A DNA stretch of 64,000 nt from Cyanobium sp. (GCA_040399515.1 JBBASA010000002.1:23948-87947), one strand, 5' to 3'. Positions 36,623 to 48,172 are shown, counted from the first letter of the stretch. The notes: generated from the letters alone by a model not told the origin. Numbers and translations are program-made.

Positions 36623-38307
36623 GCCCCAGGGCGGGGTGGCCAGGGCGGCACAGTGCTGGGATTGCCGCTGCGAATGGCGTGGTACCCCGGAGAGAGAATC
36701 TCCACCCCTGCCTCGGCGAACTGATCCTGGATGGCCCCCAGCAGGTCGGAGAGGATCTCGCGGTAGCGGAACACATCCCCCACAAAGGCATTCAGTTCGT
36801 AGCTGATGTGAAAGTCGTTGAGGGAGGTTTGCAGCACATAGGGAGGGGGCTCGGCGGAGATTCCCGCCACCGACGTGGCGGCTCCCAGGAGAAGGAGGTG
36901 CACCTGGCGCCAGGGCACGTCGTAACCAATGGTGATGGTGGTAGCCACAGCTACCGGTTGGGCAGCCTCCCGGCGACTGAAGCTGTAGTTGAGAATGGGC
37001 GAGGCGATGACACTGGCGTTGGGCAGGCTCACCACCTCCTGGCGGGGAGTGACGATGCGGGTGACCAGCAGATCCCGGTCCTGCACCACCCCCAGCACCC
37101 CATTGATTTCAACGCGATCCCCCTCCTGGAAAGCCCGGGTATAGATCAGCATCAGCCCACTGATCACATTGGTGGCCACGGCGCTCGATCCCAGGGCCGC
37201 CAGCAGACCCACAAACAACCCGGCTCCCTGGAAAGCCTGACTGCCTGATCCAGGAATGTAGGGGTAGGCCGTCACCAATCCCGCCAGAAGAATGGCCCCC
37301 GACACCAGGCGCCCGGTGGGGCGGGCCCATTCCTGGTAAAAGCCTGGAAACACCAGCCGTCCCCGCTCAATGGTGGCGAACCAGGCCTTGCACCCCTGCA
37401 TGGCCAGGCGGGTGAGAAAGAGGATCAGGGCCACCGCCAGGAGGTTGGGAATGGCGTTGGTGCCCCTGTCCATCAGTTGGCCCATCACCCTGAGGATGTG
37501 GGCCCGCAACCCCTCCGCAATGGCCTGGGTGGGAGGGAAGAAGCTCAGGAGCAGAGGGATCAGCAGGTAGCTGGCCACGAGCAGAAGGGTCCAGTGCCCC
37601 AGGCGCCGGAGCACCTGCAGCCCTCCCCGCACCTGCTCCTCATCCAGCACCTGATTGCCCCCCAAGCGCAGCCCAACCGCCCTAAATCGGCCAGCCAGCC
37701 AGCGCTGAAGCCAGTGATTGAGCTCCGTCTGGAGCTTCCACCAGAGCAAATACAGCAGCAGGACCGCCAAGGCCAGCGCAAGCCCCGTCAGCCAGGCCTC
37801 CAGGCTGTGGGTGCTGCGATATTGCTTGAGGGCACCGCGCATCTGGTCGCGATAGAGCAGAGCCAATTCCTCACGGGAGAGGGCGAAGGCCCTGGCCGCC
37901 CTCTCATCAACGGCCAGCTGGGGCTGGAAACGACCATCGCTGCCCTGCACCCCCACCATGAAATAGGGCGGGTCCTCCTTCACCACAAGCTGGTCGGGAT
38001 CCAGCCGTGGGTTCTTCGCCAGCTCCTCCAGAATCCGGCTGCCCCGCTCGGCCACGAACTGGGGGGTCTGGGCACCGGCCGCTACTCGCACCTCCAGCAC
38101 CTTCCGCCCATCGAGGGTGATCCACGCTGGCGTCGGCACATCTTCCGCAGCCTTCTGCGCCGAGGGGGCAACGGAATCCTGCGGCACATTCGCCGGGGCG
38201 GCCATGGTTGCGCTGAACCCCATGGGAAGGATGAGGGCCGCCATCACCAGCCCCAGCGGCGCCCAGCGCTTCAGCCATCCCCTGGCTGCTCGGACGACTC
38301 CACCCAT
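36619..38307 (-). CDS. mechanosensitive ion channel family protein (MscS-like)
   Basis: EGDRVEINGVLGVVQDRDLLVTRIVTPRQEVVSLPNASV is the MscS beta-domain signature. An N-terminal signal and several transmembrane segments are present. The start is trimmed to ATG 38307 (MGGVVRAARGW). Confidence 0.8.
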   Translation of the reverse strand: MGGVVRAARGWLKRWAPLGLVMAALILPMGFSATMAAPANVPQDSVAPSAQKAAEDVPTPAWITLDGRKVLEVRVAAGAQTPQFVAERGSRILEELAKNPRLDPDQLVVKEDPPYFMVGVQGSDGRFQPQLAVDERAARAFALSREELALLYRDQMRGALKQYRSTHSLEAWLTGLALALAVLLLYLLWWKLQTELNHWLQRWLAGRFRAVGLRLGGNQVLDEEQVRGGLQVLRRLGHWTLLLVASYLLIPLLLSFFPPTQAIAEGLRAHILRVMGQLMDRGTNAIPNLLAVALILFLTRLAMQGCKAWFATIERGRLVFPGFYQEWARPTGRLVSGAILLAGLVTAYPYIPGSGSQAFQGAGLFVGLLAALGSSAVATNVISGLMLIYTRAFQEGDRVEINGVLGVVQDRDLLVTRIVTPRQEVVSLPNASVIASPILNYSFSRREAAQPVAVATTITIGYDVPWRQVHLLLLGAATSVAGISAEPPPYVLQTSLNDFHISYELNAFVGDVFRYREILSDLLGAIQDQFAEAGVEILSPGYHAIRSGNPSTVPPWPPRPGA

Positions 38308-38345
38308 CTCTGCGCCGGTGCACACCTGAAACCAGCTTGGCGCCG

Positions 38346-38357
38346 CCCCCCCCCCCC
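38346..38357. repeat. C12 homopolymer (G12 on the minus strand) upstream of the MscS-like gene
   Basis: Counted directly: cgccg followed by 12 c, then agg. Confidence 0.95.
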
Positions 38358-38378
38358 AGGCGTCAGCCCAAACGCTGC

Positions 38379-38813
38379 TCAGGTCCAGGCGACAAGCCCG
38401 GCCCCTAGGGCAATCAGCACCACACCCGCCCACTGAAGGGGGCTGAGGGTTTCCCCCATAAGGGCCACGCCGCCAATGGCCACGAGCACCACGCTGAACT
38501 TGTCGATGGGCGCGACCCGCGCCACAGGCCCCAGCTGCAGCGCCCGGAAAAAGCACATCCAGGACCCAGCGGTGGCGAGACCGGAGAGGAGGAGAAACAC
38601 CAGACTCCGGCGGGGCAGGGATGACAGGGGCAGGCCCTCACCACGTGCAAGCACCACTGCCCCAAGGAACAGCACCACCACGAGGGTGCGCAACAGGGTG
38701 GCCAGGTTGCTGGGAAGCCCCTCCACTCCGACTTTGGCGAACAGAGAGGTGAGGGCCGCAAGGAGGGCAGCGGCCAGGGCCCAGAAGGACCATTGGTTCC
38801 AGAGTTCAGCCAT
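38379..38813 (-). CDS. small EamA-like (single-domain DMT) membrane transporter
   Basis: 144 aa with 4-5 transmembrane segments. FAKVGVEGLPSNLATLLRT and ...RALQLGPVARVAPIDKFS are typical of the EamA domain. Confidence 0.65.
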   Translation of the reverse strand: MAELWNQWSFWALAAALLAALTSLFAKVGVEGLPSNLATLLRTLVVVLFLGAVVLARGEGLPLSSLPRRSLVFLLLSGLATAGSWMCFFRALQLGPVARVAPIDKFSVVLVAIGGVALMGETLSPLQWAGVVLIALGAGLVAWT

Positions 38814-38836
38814 GGGTTCCTCCCCCTCCAGCCTTA

Positions 38837-39529
38837 CTAGCCACGGGAGCGCAGCACGGCTTCAGCCACAGCCATATCAAAGGGAGTGGTGAGTTTGATA
38901 TTGGACGCCGGGGCCTCCAGCACCCGCACGGGGAACCCCAGGCGCTCGTAGAGGGCCGCATCATCGGTGACACTCCAACCGTCCTCCTGGGCCTGCCGAT
39001 GGGCCTGCCGGAGCTGCTGCACCGCAAACCCCTGGGGGGTTTGCGCCGCCCAGAGCTGCTGCCGGTCGGGGGTGGAGAGGATCTGACCGGCGCTATCCAC
39101 CTGCTTGATGGTGTCGGTCACCGGGGTAGCCGCGATGATGCCTGCCCCCGCAGGGATGGCGTCCCTCAAGGCCCCGGCACAACGGCTGAAGAGGTCCGCG
39201 GTGGCCAGACAACGGGCGCCGTCATGGATCAACACCGCCTCAGCCTCCGCGGGCAGGGCCGCCAACCCCAGACGCACGGAGTCCTGGCGGGTCGGTCCCC
39301 CCAGAATCCATTGGACAAGCTTGGCCGGCCCCGCTGCGGCCAAGATCGCAGCGATGGTGGGCCCATCCTCCGGTTGGCCCATGACTCCGATCCAGTGAAT
39401 GTCCTCGCAGGCCAGGGCAGCCTCCAAGGTCCAGGCCAGGACGGGCCTCCCCGCCACCGGCAGCAGGAGCTTATTGATCTCCGCTCCCATGCGGCGGCCA
39501 CTTCCTGCGGCAGCGATCAGCAAATGCAT
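38837..39529 (-). CDS. ispD: 2-C-methyl-D-erythritol 4-phosphate cytidylyltransferase
   Basis: [15 protein letters not shown]...[13 protein letters not shown]. The start is the ATG at 39529. Confidence 0.9.
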   Translation of the reverse strand: MHLLIAAAGSGRRMGAEINKLLLPVAGRPVLAWTLEAALACEDIHWIGVMGQPEDGPTIAAILAAAGPAKLVQWILGGPTRQDSVRLGLAALPAEAEAVLIHDGARCLATADLFSRCAGALRDAIPAGAGIIAATPVTDTIKQVDSAGQILSTPDRQQLWAAQTPQGFAVQQLRQAHRQAQEDGWSVTDDAALYERLGFPVRVLEAPASNIKLTTPFDMAVAEAVLRSRG

Positions 39530-39602
39530 GCAGCTCCTCCAACAGGGACGGACGGCCTGGTGACTTGATCCATACAATCAGGCCTACCGCCACCGCTACC
39601 CG

Positions 39603-40445
39603 ATGCGCGCCCTCTTTCTGGTCCCCGGGGATGCTCTCCAACAGTTGCAGGTGCTGCCGGCGGCAGCCGCCGTGGCGGACAACCTGGGATTCAGTCTGCA
39701 GGTGGCCTGCTCGCCAGCCGCGGCCCCGGTGTGGCGACTGCTCCCGGCCGTTGAGAAAGTGATTCCCTTCTCCTTCAGCGACGCCAACCTGGCGGACTGG
39801 GCCAACCTGCTCGGGTCGATTCGGGAGCCCGATTTCCAGGTGTGCATCAATCTGGCCGGTGGCCGCCAGGTCGATCTGATGCTCTCCATGAGCCATATCC
39901 CCACGCGCATTGCCACGGCAGGGTTTTCCGCCACGGAGCTGGTGAACCAGCCTCGGGGGGGATGGCTCAGCCAGGAGCTTGCGGCCTACCTCAAGCCGAT
40001 CGGCGTGCCCCTGGACGCCGATCGGTTCCGCCTCTCCCTGCCGAAATCAGCCTTGGAGAAGGCCACGGCAAGCCTCCCCCCAGGGGAAGGGCCCATGCTC
40101 CTTCTCGTGCCGGCAGGGGTGCCTGGCGACTGGCCCCAGGAGCGATGGGAGGGCCTGCCCTCCACCATTGGCGGCAAGATCCCGGGGCTGCGCCATCAGG
40201 TGCTTACACCTGCGAAGCCAGCGGCCCTGCTGGAACGAGCGACCCAAGTGGCCGGGAGCGATGTGGTGCTCACCAGCGACCCCATCACGGAGGAACTGGC
40301 CCTTTATTGCGGTGTGCCCTTGGTGGCCCTCGGCCGTAGCGCCGACTCCCTCCCTACCCGGGACGGGGTGCGGGGTCTGGCCGACCCTTCAGGCCTGGCG
40401 ACCCTCAGCGATGCGGAGGTGCTCAACGCCCTTGGCCTGGCCTAA
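39603..40445 (+). CDS. GT9-like (heptosyltransferase-fold) protein
   Basis: The N-terminus MRALFLVPGDALQQLQVLPAAAAV is typical of GT9. 280 aa, shorter than canonical heptosyltransferases. Confidence 0.45.
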   Translation: MRALFLVPGDALQQLQVLPAAAAVADNLGFSLQVACSPAAAPVWRLLPAVEKVIPFSFSDANLADWANLLGSIREPDFQVCINLAGGRQVDLMLSMSHIPTRIATAGFSATELVNQPRGGWLSQELAAYLKPIGVPLDADRFRLSLPKSALEKATASLPPGEGPMLLLVPAGVPGDWPQERWEGLPSTIGGKIPGLRHQVLTPAKPAALLERATQVAGSDVVLTSDPITEELALYCGVPLVALGRSADSLPTRDGVRGLADPSGLATLSDAEVLNALGLA

Positions 40446-40533
40446 AGCCCTCCTTCGGAGCAGAGGAAAGTCCACGCGACGGTCAACGCCCCGTCGCCCC
40501 CCACCCACCTCCCAGATCAAACGGCCCTGGCTG

Positions 40534-41589
40534 ATGCCCCTGGTGGCTCTGGTGATGGTGGTGAATGCCAGTGCCCTGGGCTACCGCCTCACTGAAGGGT
40601 GGGACTGGGGCGACTGCTACTGGATGGTGGCCATCACCATTCCCACCATCGGCTACGGCGAGGTGGAACCCCTCAGCCATGCGGGGCGGGTGGTAACGGT
40701 GTTTTCAATCGTTGGAGGGCTGGTGGTGGTGCAGCTGACCATCCGAAGCCTCGTGGGTGTAGCGGAATCGGGCTACTTTCGGCGTCTGCATGCGCGCCGC
40801 CTTCTTCACTGGCTTCAAACCATGAACGACCACGTGATCCTTTGCGGCTACGGCCGCATCGGCCGCGAAATCGCCGCCCAGCTCAGCAAGGAAGGGACCC
40901 CCCTGCTGGTGGTGGAGATGGATCCCGATCGACGGGACGCTGCAGAGGCGAAGGGACTCCCCGTTCTTCTGGCGGATGCCACCTTGGATGAAACCCTCGT
41001 GGATGCAGGAATTCACCGCTGCCGCAGTCTGGTGGCTGCCCTGCCGAACGATGCGGCCAACGTATACGTGGTGTTGAGTGCCCGGGCCATTGCCCCCCGG
41101 TGCCGGCTGATCGCCCGCTCGGACAGTGAGGAGGCCGAGCGCAAATTGCGCCAGGCAGGCGCCGACCAAGTAGTCAGTCCCTATGTGGCGGGGGGCCGCA
41201 CGATGGCCGCAACAGCCACCCGGCCCCTGGCGGTGGACTTCATGGAACTCCTGGCGGGTTCGGAGTGCGAGGTGGAGGAATTTCAACTCAGCGACGACGC
41301 GGCCCAGCTCGGGAACCTCAATGGGCGCACCCTGGCGGAACTGGACCTCCGGGGCCGCTCCGGGGCACTGGTCCTGGCGATTCGCAAGCCAGCGCCGGCT
41401 GTGGTGAATCCCTACAGCTACCGCGGCAGCAGCTACGCCAGCTCCCCAACGCTGGTGGCGAACCCCGGAGGGGAAACCAAGCTGGGCCCCGGGCAGCTGA
41501 TGGTGGTCCTGGGAAGCAAAGAACAACTGGAGATCTTCGCGAACCTGCTGGGTGACGCGGTGGTGAGTGTCGAACACATGCAGGGCTAG
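40534..41589 (+). CDS. two-TM potassium channel with RCK (TrkA-N/TrkA-C) domains
   Basis: Selectivity filter TIPTIGYGE and RCK Rossmann motif VILCGYGRIGREIA. I chose ATG 40534; upstream of it ORF 39979 overlaps the GT9-like gene in another frame. Confidence 0.85.
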   Translation: MPLVALVMVVNASALGYRLTEGWDWGDCYWMVAITIPTIGYGEVEPLSHAGRVVTVFSIVGGLVVVQLTIRSLVGVAESGYFRRLHARRLLHWLQTMNDHVILCGYGRIGREIAAQLSKEGTPLLVVEMDPDRRDAAEAKGLPVLLADATLDETLVDAGIHRCRSLVAALPNDAANVYVVLSARAIAPRCRLIARSDSEEAERKLRQAGADQVVSPYVAGGRTMAATATRPLAVDFMELLAGSECEVEEFQLSDDAAQLGNLNGRTLAELDLRGRSGALVLAIRKPAPAVVNPYSYRGSSYASSPTLVANPGGETKLGPGQLMVVLGSKEQLEIFANLLGDAVVSVEHMQG

Positions 41590-41654
41590 ATCTGCGCGCG
41601 GTCATGCCTCTTTCGGCGCGGGCATACGATCGCCGCCTCAGCCGTCGCTCCGCC

Positions 41655-42434
41655 ATGACCAGCCACCCACAGCCCGCCATCGGGGAAAGGTCGGGGGCCC
41701 TCGCTGGCCAAGTGGCCCTGGTGACGGGCGCTAGCCGGGGGATTGGCCGCGCCATTGCCCAGGAGCTGGCCGCTGCCGGGGCGGAGGTGGTGGTGAATTA
41801 CGCCCAGTCGCCTACGGCGGCAGCTGAGGTGGTGGAAGGCATCGTGAAGGCGGGTGGCCAAGCCTGGGCCCATCAAGCCAACGTGGCTGAGGAAGCAGAG
41901 GTGGAGGCGATGGTGCAGGACATCGTGGGGCGGCGAGGACGGATCGACGTGCTGGTGAACAACGCTGGCATCACCAGGGATGGACTGGTGATACGGATGA
42001 AAACGGCGGATTGGCAGAGCGTGATGGATCTCAACCTCACCGGCTGTTTTCTGACCACAAGGGCCGTGAGCAAGCTGATGCTTAAGGCCCGCAAGGGCCG
42101 CATCATCAACATCACCTCCGTAGTGGCCCTGATGGGGAATCCGGGCCAGGCCAACTACAGCGCGGCCAAGGCGGGCCTGATCGGCCTCACCCGGAGCAAC
42201 GCAGCGGAATTTGCAGGCCGTGGAGTCACGGTGAACGCGGTGGCTCCGGGCTTCATCGAAAGTGAGATGACGGCAAAGCTGGATCAGGAGCCGATCCTGA
42301 AGGCCATCCCCCTAGGGCGGATGGGGCTTCCCCAGGAGGTGGCTGGGGTGGTGCGATTCCTCGCCGCCGATCCAGCATCGGCCTACATCACCGGCCAGGT
42401 GCTGCAGGTGGATGGGGGAATGGTGATGCGCTAG
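41655..42434 (+). CDS. fabG: 3-oxoacyl-[ACP] reductase
   Basis: VALVTGASRGIGRAIA, NNAGI, NYSAAKAGLIGL. Confidence 0.88.
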   Translation: MTSHPQPAIGERSGALAGQVALVTGASRGIGRAIAQELAAAGAEVVVNYAQSPTAAAEVVEGIVKAGGQAWAHQANVAEEAEVEAMVQDIVGRRGRIDVLVNNAGITRDGLVIRMKTADWQSVMDLNLTGCFLTTRAVSKLMLKARKGRIINITSVVALMGNPGQANYSAAKAGLIGLTRSNAAEFAGRGVTVNAVAPGFIESEMTAKLDQEPILKAIPLGRMGLPQEVAGVVRFLAADPASAYITGQVLQVDGGMVMR

Positions 42435-42736
42435 GAGACCTGACCGGGATCCTTGGCCCCTGGGGTCGCCAGGGGCTGGCCCAGGTCTTCACGCAGGCGG
42501 CGGATCCGCTGCAGCAACCGCAGCCGACGGCTTCGGGCGGTGATGGTGAGAAACAGGCGGATCGGCACGTACACCAGGGCCATCACCAGGCCAAGGGAGG
42601 CAATGAGCAGAAAGACGAGCCCGTCCGCAGCCGCGGGGGGGGAGAGGGCCCGATCAGCGGCGCCCTCAAGAGTTTGCTGGAGGATCTCCTCCATTGGACC
42701 AAGTTCTGTCTGCACAAGGCCGACCCTACCGGCCAC
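42431..42736 (-). CDS. small hypothetical membrane protein
   Basis: 101-aa ORF with one transmembrane segment (LVFLLIASLGLVMALVYVPI) and a basic tail. The internal ATG (MEEILQ) may be the true start. No family was recognised. Confidence 0.4.
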   Translation of the reverse strand: MAGRVGLVQTELGPMEEILQQTLEGAADRALSPPAAADGLVFLLIASLGLVMALVYVPIRLFLTITARSRRLRLLQRIRRLREDLGQPLATPGAKDPGQVS

Positions 42737-42754
42737 ACCCCCCTATCCGAGCCC

Positions 42755-44500
<1,746 letters not shown>

Positions 44501-44505
44501 GTTGC

Positions 44506-44742
44506 CTAAAAGGCATTCACCAACTTGGCGTGCAGCCGACACACCGCAGTGGCCTGCTTCGGGGGATTGCTGGAGCAGAGCTTGCCAAGTTCCCGATTCA
44601 GTGCTTCAAATTGGGCCAGATGGCCAGGGCTCAGGGGAAAAGCCGCCGCACCGAGCAAAGCAACGCTTAGGAGCGCCCTTGAGCCAAGGGGCGAGTGTAT
44701 TGACTTGACCCTCCCCTGCCGGAGAAGAAATTCCTGAGCCAT
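44506..44742 (-). CDS. small putative secreted protein (78 aa)
   Basis: ORF with a signal-like RALLSVALLGAAAFPLSPG and two Cys in the mature part. It lies in a locally lower-GC stretch. No family was recognised. Confidence 0.35.
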   Translation of the reverse strand: MAQEFLLRQGRVKSIHSPLGSRALLSVALLGAAAFPLSPGHLAQFEALNRELGKLCSSNPPKQATAVCRLHAKLVNAF

Positions 44743-44809
44743 GGCCGTCCTTCAGCCTCCAGAACCACACCCTTCATCGTGCGCGTTAATGGGACCGATG
44801 TGATCCTGA

Positions 44810-45565
44810 CTACAGAAAGATTTGTGATCCTTTCCTCAAAGTTCTCACATAGCGAGTCACTTGTAGGTCCACTCCGGTGATGGCGGTTCCAACGACCACA
44901 AAGTCAGCGCCCTCTTTCAGGACCTGCTGAGCCTGCTCTGGACTGGCAATGCCACCTTCACAGACCAGGGGAACCGCAGCAGGCAACGCTTCGCGAAGCT
45001 GGCTGAGCAGGCCAAAGGCTGGAGGTGCAAATCTCTTGGTTGCCTCGGTATAGCCGTAAAGCGTGGTGCCCACCCAGGCACAGCCGAGCTCGGCAGCGCG
45101 CAGTCCCGAATCCAGGGAATCCACATCGGCCATCAGGGGCACACCCAGCTCCTCTCGGGCCCGCCGCACCAGATCATCCAAGAGCTGCCCCTCCGGCCTA
45201 GGGCGCTGGGTGGCATCGAGGGCCACCACATCGGCCCCTGCAGCCCACACGGACTGCAGCTCCTCCCAGCGGGGGGTGATGTACACCGCACTCTCAGGCC
45301 AGGTTCGCTTCCAGAGGCCCACGATCAACGCATCTGGGCATCGCAGACGAACCGCGGCGATGTGTTCGGGGCTTTCCAGGCGCACTCCGGAGGCCCCATT
45401 CGCCAGGCAGGCCTCCGCCATCGCCGTAATGGCCAAGGGATGGCGGAGGGGAGAACCTTCAGGGGCCTGAACGGACACAATCAGCGACCCCTTCAAGGGG
45501 GACCAATCGGTGACGGAAGGCCTTGTCAAGACCGTGGCCTGGACTGGACAGCGCCGGGCAACCAA
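44810..45565 (-). CDS. nanE: putative N-acetylmannosamine-6-phosphate 2-epimerase
   Basis: LKGSLIVSVQA...NGASGVRLESPEHIAAVR...LMADVDS...GTTLYGYT...CEGGI follows the NanE pattern. Confidence 0.75.
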   Translation of the reverse strand: MVARRCPVQATVLTRPSVTDWSPLKGSLIVSVQAPEGSPLRHPLAITAMAEACLANGASGVRLESPEHIAAVRLRCPDALIVGLWKRTWPESAVYITPRWEELQSVWAAGADVVALDATQRPRPEGQLLDDLVRRAREELGVPLMADVDSLDSGLRAAELGCAWVGTTLYGYTEATKRFAPPAFGLLSQLREALPAAVPLVCEGGIASPEQAQQVLKEGADFVVVGTAITGVDLQVTRYVRTLRKGSQIFL

Positions 45566-46269
45566 ACCAGCCAGGGCTCCAGGGCTGGAGAGATCGGGGC
45601 TGGAGAGACGTGGCCTCGTCTGTCGTCATTCCTGGATCGGCGGGGTGGGAGGATGGACCCACTGGAGAGACCTTCCACCTCAAAGTTGGGCACGGGGGCC
45701 GCCGCTCTCTCTTCCATCGCCTCACCGGGGAATGGCTCGTCCGAAGTTGTTCCAGGGAGGGAGGGGGAATCGGGAAGGGGATGGATTAGGCCGTCGTTCG
45801 GGAGGGGATCCTCAAGAGAGGTGGTTAGCGGGGGGAAGGCAACCTCAAGGGGAGCGAACGCTTCATCCAAACCCACGGGGGCGGGTGGCAAGGGAGATGG
45901 GGAGGGAAGGGAAAGTGGCAGCTGCGCGACGCCAGGCTGGGCCAGCAGGGGGAGCAACCAGGAACGAACCGCTTCCGCATCTCCCCCAAGCTCCTCGGCC
46001 CGATCCATGACAGATTCGAGAGTGTGCATTCCATAACGATGCACACAGCGCTCTGCCAGCTGGATGGCACGGGGAGCATCCCGCTGCTGAATCGCCTCCA
46101 CTAAAGCCTGTTGCCAATCAGGCACGAGGTGTGAGGAATCGGGCGGAGTTCCGCCGCCATCTCCGGACGAAGCACTTAATGGTGATGGATTCACTGCAAC
46201 TTTCGATCGAGCAGAGGGCGAACGGCCAGAAAGAGGGCCAAGGCTAGGGTCAGGAGGATAACCAGGCAA
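45526..46269 (-). CDS. hypothetical Pro-rich protein
   Basis: 247-aa ORF on the same strand as its neighbours. The central helical segment DWQQALVEAIQQRDAPRAIQLAERCVHRYGMHTLESVMDRAEELG looks folded. Both ends overlap neighbouring genes, so the limits are uncertain. Confidence 0.4.
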   Translation of the reverse strand: MPGYPPDPSLGPLSGRSPSARSKVAVNPSPLSASSGDGGGTPPDSSHLVPDWQQALVEAIQQRDAPRAIQLAERCVHRYGMHTLESVMDRAEELGGDAEAVRSWLLPLLAQPGVAQLPLSLPSPSPLPPAPVGLDEAFAPLEVAFPPLTTSLEDPLPNDGLIHPLPDSPSLPGTTSDEPFPGEAMEERAAAPVPNFEVEGLSSGSILPPRRSRNDDRRGHVSPAPISPALEPWLVWLPGAVQSRPRS

Positions 46270-47054
46270 GTGGTCCCAGTCAGGTCACCGTAAGGAGCCT
46301 GAAGCACCACTTGAGAAAAGACATTAGAGCCATTGTATGCGGCACGAATGGGCTCGATCGCAAAGGTGAGGGGGTTCAAAGAAGCCAGCCATGCCAACCA
46401 GCTGGGCATGAAGGTAAGGGGGGCTAATGCCGTGCTAGCAAAGAGAAGAGGCAGATTCACCACAAAGATCACCGCAATCAGCTCGATATGACCAGGCAGG
46501 GCGAAGGCCAGACCAAGGCTTAGGGCGGTCACAGCAAATACCAACAGCGTCAGCGTGAGAAGCACCAAGAGAAAACCCAAGAATCCTGGCCAGCCATAAC
46601 CCAGCACCCCCGCAACAAGAACAATGGCAATGCTCTGAACAAGGCTCAGAGAAAGGATATAAAGAACGGAAGCCAGCACAATCGAGCTGCGCGAGCGAAG
46701 AGGGGCCACAAGAAGACGATTAAGAAAACCAAATTCCCGATCAAACATGACGGGTAGGCCAGCATTCAAAGCGGCGCTGAATGCGGTGAAAACAATCACA
46801 CCGGCCCCGAAGAAATGTCCATAACTCTCAGAACCAGGCAAGAAACCAGCCGGAGCTTTGGCAAACAAGGCACCAAACAAGAACAGCCAGATGAGGGGCT
46901 GAAGTACCCCAGCGACCAGGGTGGATGGACGCCGAAGCAACTGCACAAACAACCGCCGGGTCAAGGCCAGGGTCTCCTGGATCACCTCAGCAAGGGCGGA
47001 GGGTGGGGCCGTCTCGGAAGGCAGAGGGCTCAACATAGGGGAAACGCTGGTCAT
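46191..47054 (-). CDS. ABC-2 type transporter permease
   Basis: 287 aa with 6 transmembrane segments, directly downstream of the DrrA-like ATPase. Confidence 0.8.
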   Translation of the reverse strand: MTSVSPMLSPLPSETAPPSALAEVIQETLALTRRLFVQLLRRPSTLVAGVLQPLIWLFLFGALFAKAPAGFLPGSESYGHFFGAGVIVFTAFSAALNAGLPVMFDREFGFLNRLLVAPLRSRSSIVLASVLYILSLSLVQSIAIVLVAGVLGYGWPGFLGFLLVLLTLTLLVFAVTALSLGLAFALPGHIELIAVIFVVNLPLLFASTALAPLTFMPSWLAWLASLNPLTFAIEPIRAAYNGSNVFSQVVLQAPYGDLTGTTCLVILLTLALALFLAVRPLLDRKLQ

Positions 47055-47110
47055 GGAGGGGGGGGCTCGGGCTGGACGGGATGGGATTCGGGGGAAAGGG
47101 TGCGATGCCG

Positions 47111-48151
47111 TTAACGCATCTGTTTCTTTCGCTCCTCCTTTGCATCCCTCTGGCCAACCACAGCCAGTTCCGCATCCATCAGAGTGCGTCCTGTGGCCTG
47201 GAGGTACACATCATCGAGGCTGGGCCGGCTGAGCGCGAGTGAGAAGACTGGCAGATCGGCCGCCCTCATTCTGGAACGGATGGCTTCCGTGACGCCCTCA
47301 TCTTCCACAACCAGATTGAGGGAATACCCCTGAGATCGATTCGCCACCACTTGCCTCACGCCAGGACAGACTTGGAGGAGATCCCTCACCCGGGTGGATT
47401 CGTCCTCATCGCTGAACTCCCTGACCCGGAGCGTGACGCGATCCCCTCCCAGGGACTGCTTCAGGTGCTGAGGGGTGCCTTCCGCCAGGACACGTCCGGC
47501 TTCAATGATGGCAAGACGGTCGGCCAGGGCATCCACTTCCTCCAGGTAGTGACTGCTCAGCACGATGGTGGTGCCGGAGTCGCGGAGCTGCCGCAGGACC
47601 TGCCAGATGGCATTTCGGCTTTCCAGATCCAGCCCAACGGTGGGCTCATCCAGCACCAGCACGGCAGGGCGATGGAGCAGCCCAGACGCCAGATCGAGCC
47701 TGCGACGCATGCCACCGGAATAGGTTCCGCAGCGACGATCGATCCACTCCTCCATCGACAGGAGGGAGATCACCTCCTGGAGGCGTGTCGCGGTCTGCGA
47801 TGGGCGCAGGTGATAAAGATCTGCCTGCAACTGAAGCAGCTCACGACCCGTCAGAATTTTATCGATCGCCACTTCCTGAGCCACGTACCCCAGCAAGCGA
47901 CGCACGGCCCGCGGATCCGCCAGTGCATCATGCCCTGCCACCTTCACCTCTCCCCCATCGGGCTCCAGCAGAGTGCAGAGAATACGGATGGCCGTGGTTT
48001 TACCGGCACCGTTGGGGCCCAGGACGCCATAGATACAGCCTGACGGCACCTGGAGCGAGAGGTCATCGAGAGCCTGAACAGAGGCTGTTTTGCGATCGCC
48101 ACCGAAGCGCTTCTTGAGGTGGTGGAGCTCAATCAAGCCGAGCTTCTCCAA
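47111..48151 (-). CDS. ABC transporter ATP-binding protein (DrrA-like)
   Basis: GVLGPNGAGKTT, YSGGMRRRLDLA, VLVLDEPTVGLD. Confidence 0.9.
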   Translation of the reverse strand: MEKLGLIELHHLKKRFGGDRKTASVQALDDLSLQVPSGCIYGVLGPNGAGKTTAIRILCTLLEPDGGEVKVAGHDALADPRAVRRLLGYVAQEVAIDKILTGRELLQLQADLYHLRPSQTATRLQEVISLLSMEEWIDRRCGTYSGGMRRRLDLASGLLHRPAVLVLDEPTVGLDLESRNAIWQVLRQLRDSGTTIVLSSHYLEEVDALADRLAIIEAGRVLAEGTPQHLKQSLGGDRVTLRVREFSDEDESTRVRDLLQVCPGVRQVVANRSQGYSLNLVVEDEGVTEAIRSRMRAADLPVFSLALSRPSLDDVYLQATGRTLMDAELAVVGQRDAKEERKKQMR

Positions 48152-48172
48152 CGGTTTTACGGCCTTCGTAAT

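Noticed and set aside
37477-38436. 319-aa plus-strand ORF
   Set aside because: It is antisense to the MscS-like gene.
38308-38556. N-terminal extension of the MscS-like ORF
   Set aside because: It runs through the G12 tract and into the EamA-like gene. The signal-peptide-like start at 38307 fits better.
39979-40533. N-terminal extension of the K+ channel ORF
   Set aside because: It overlaps the GT9-like gene in another frame and is Pro/Arg-rich. The channel begins sensibly at ATG 40534, just before the first transmembrane segment.
40705-41577. 290-aa minus-strand ORF
   Set aside because: It is antisense to the K+ channel gene.
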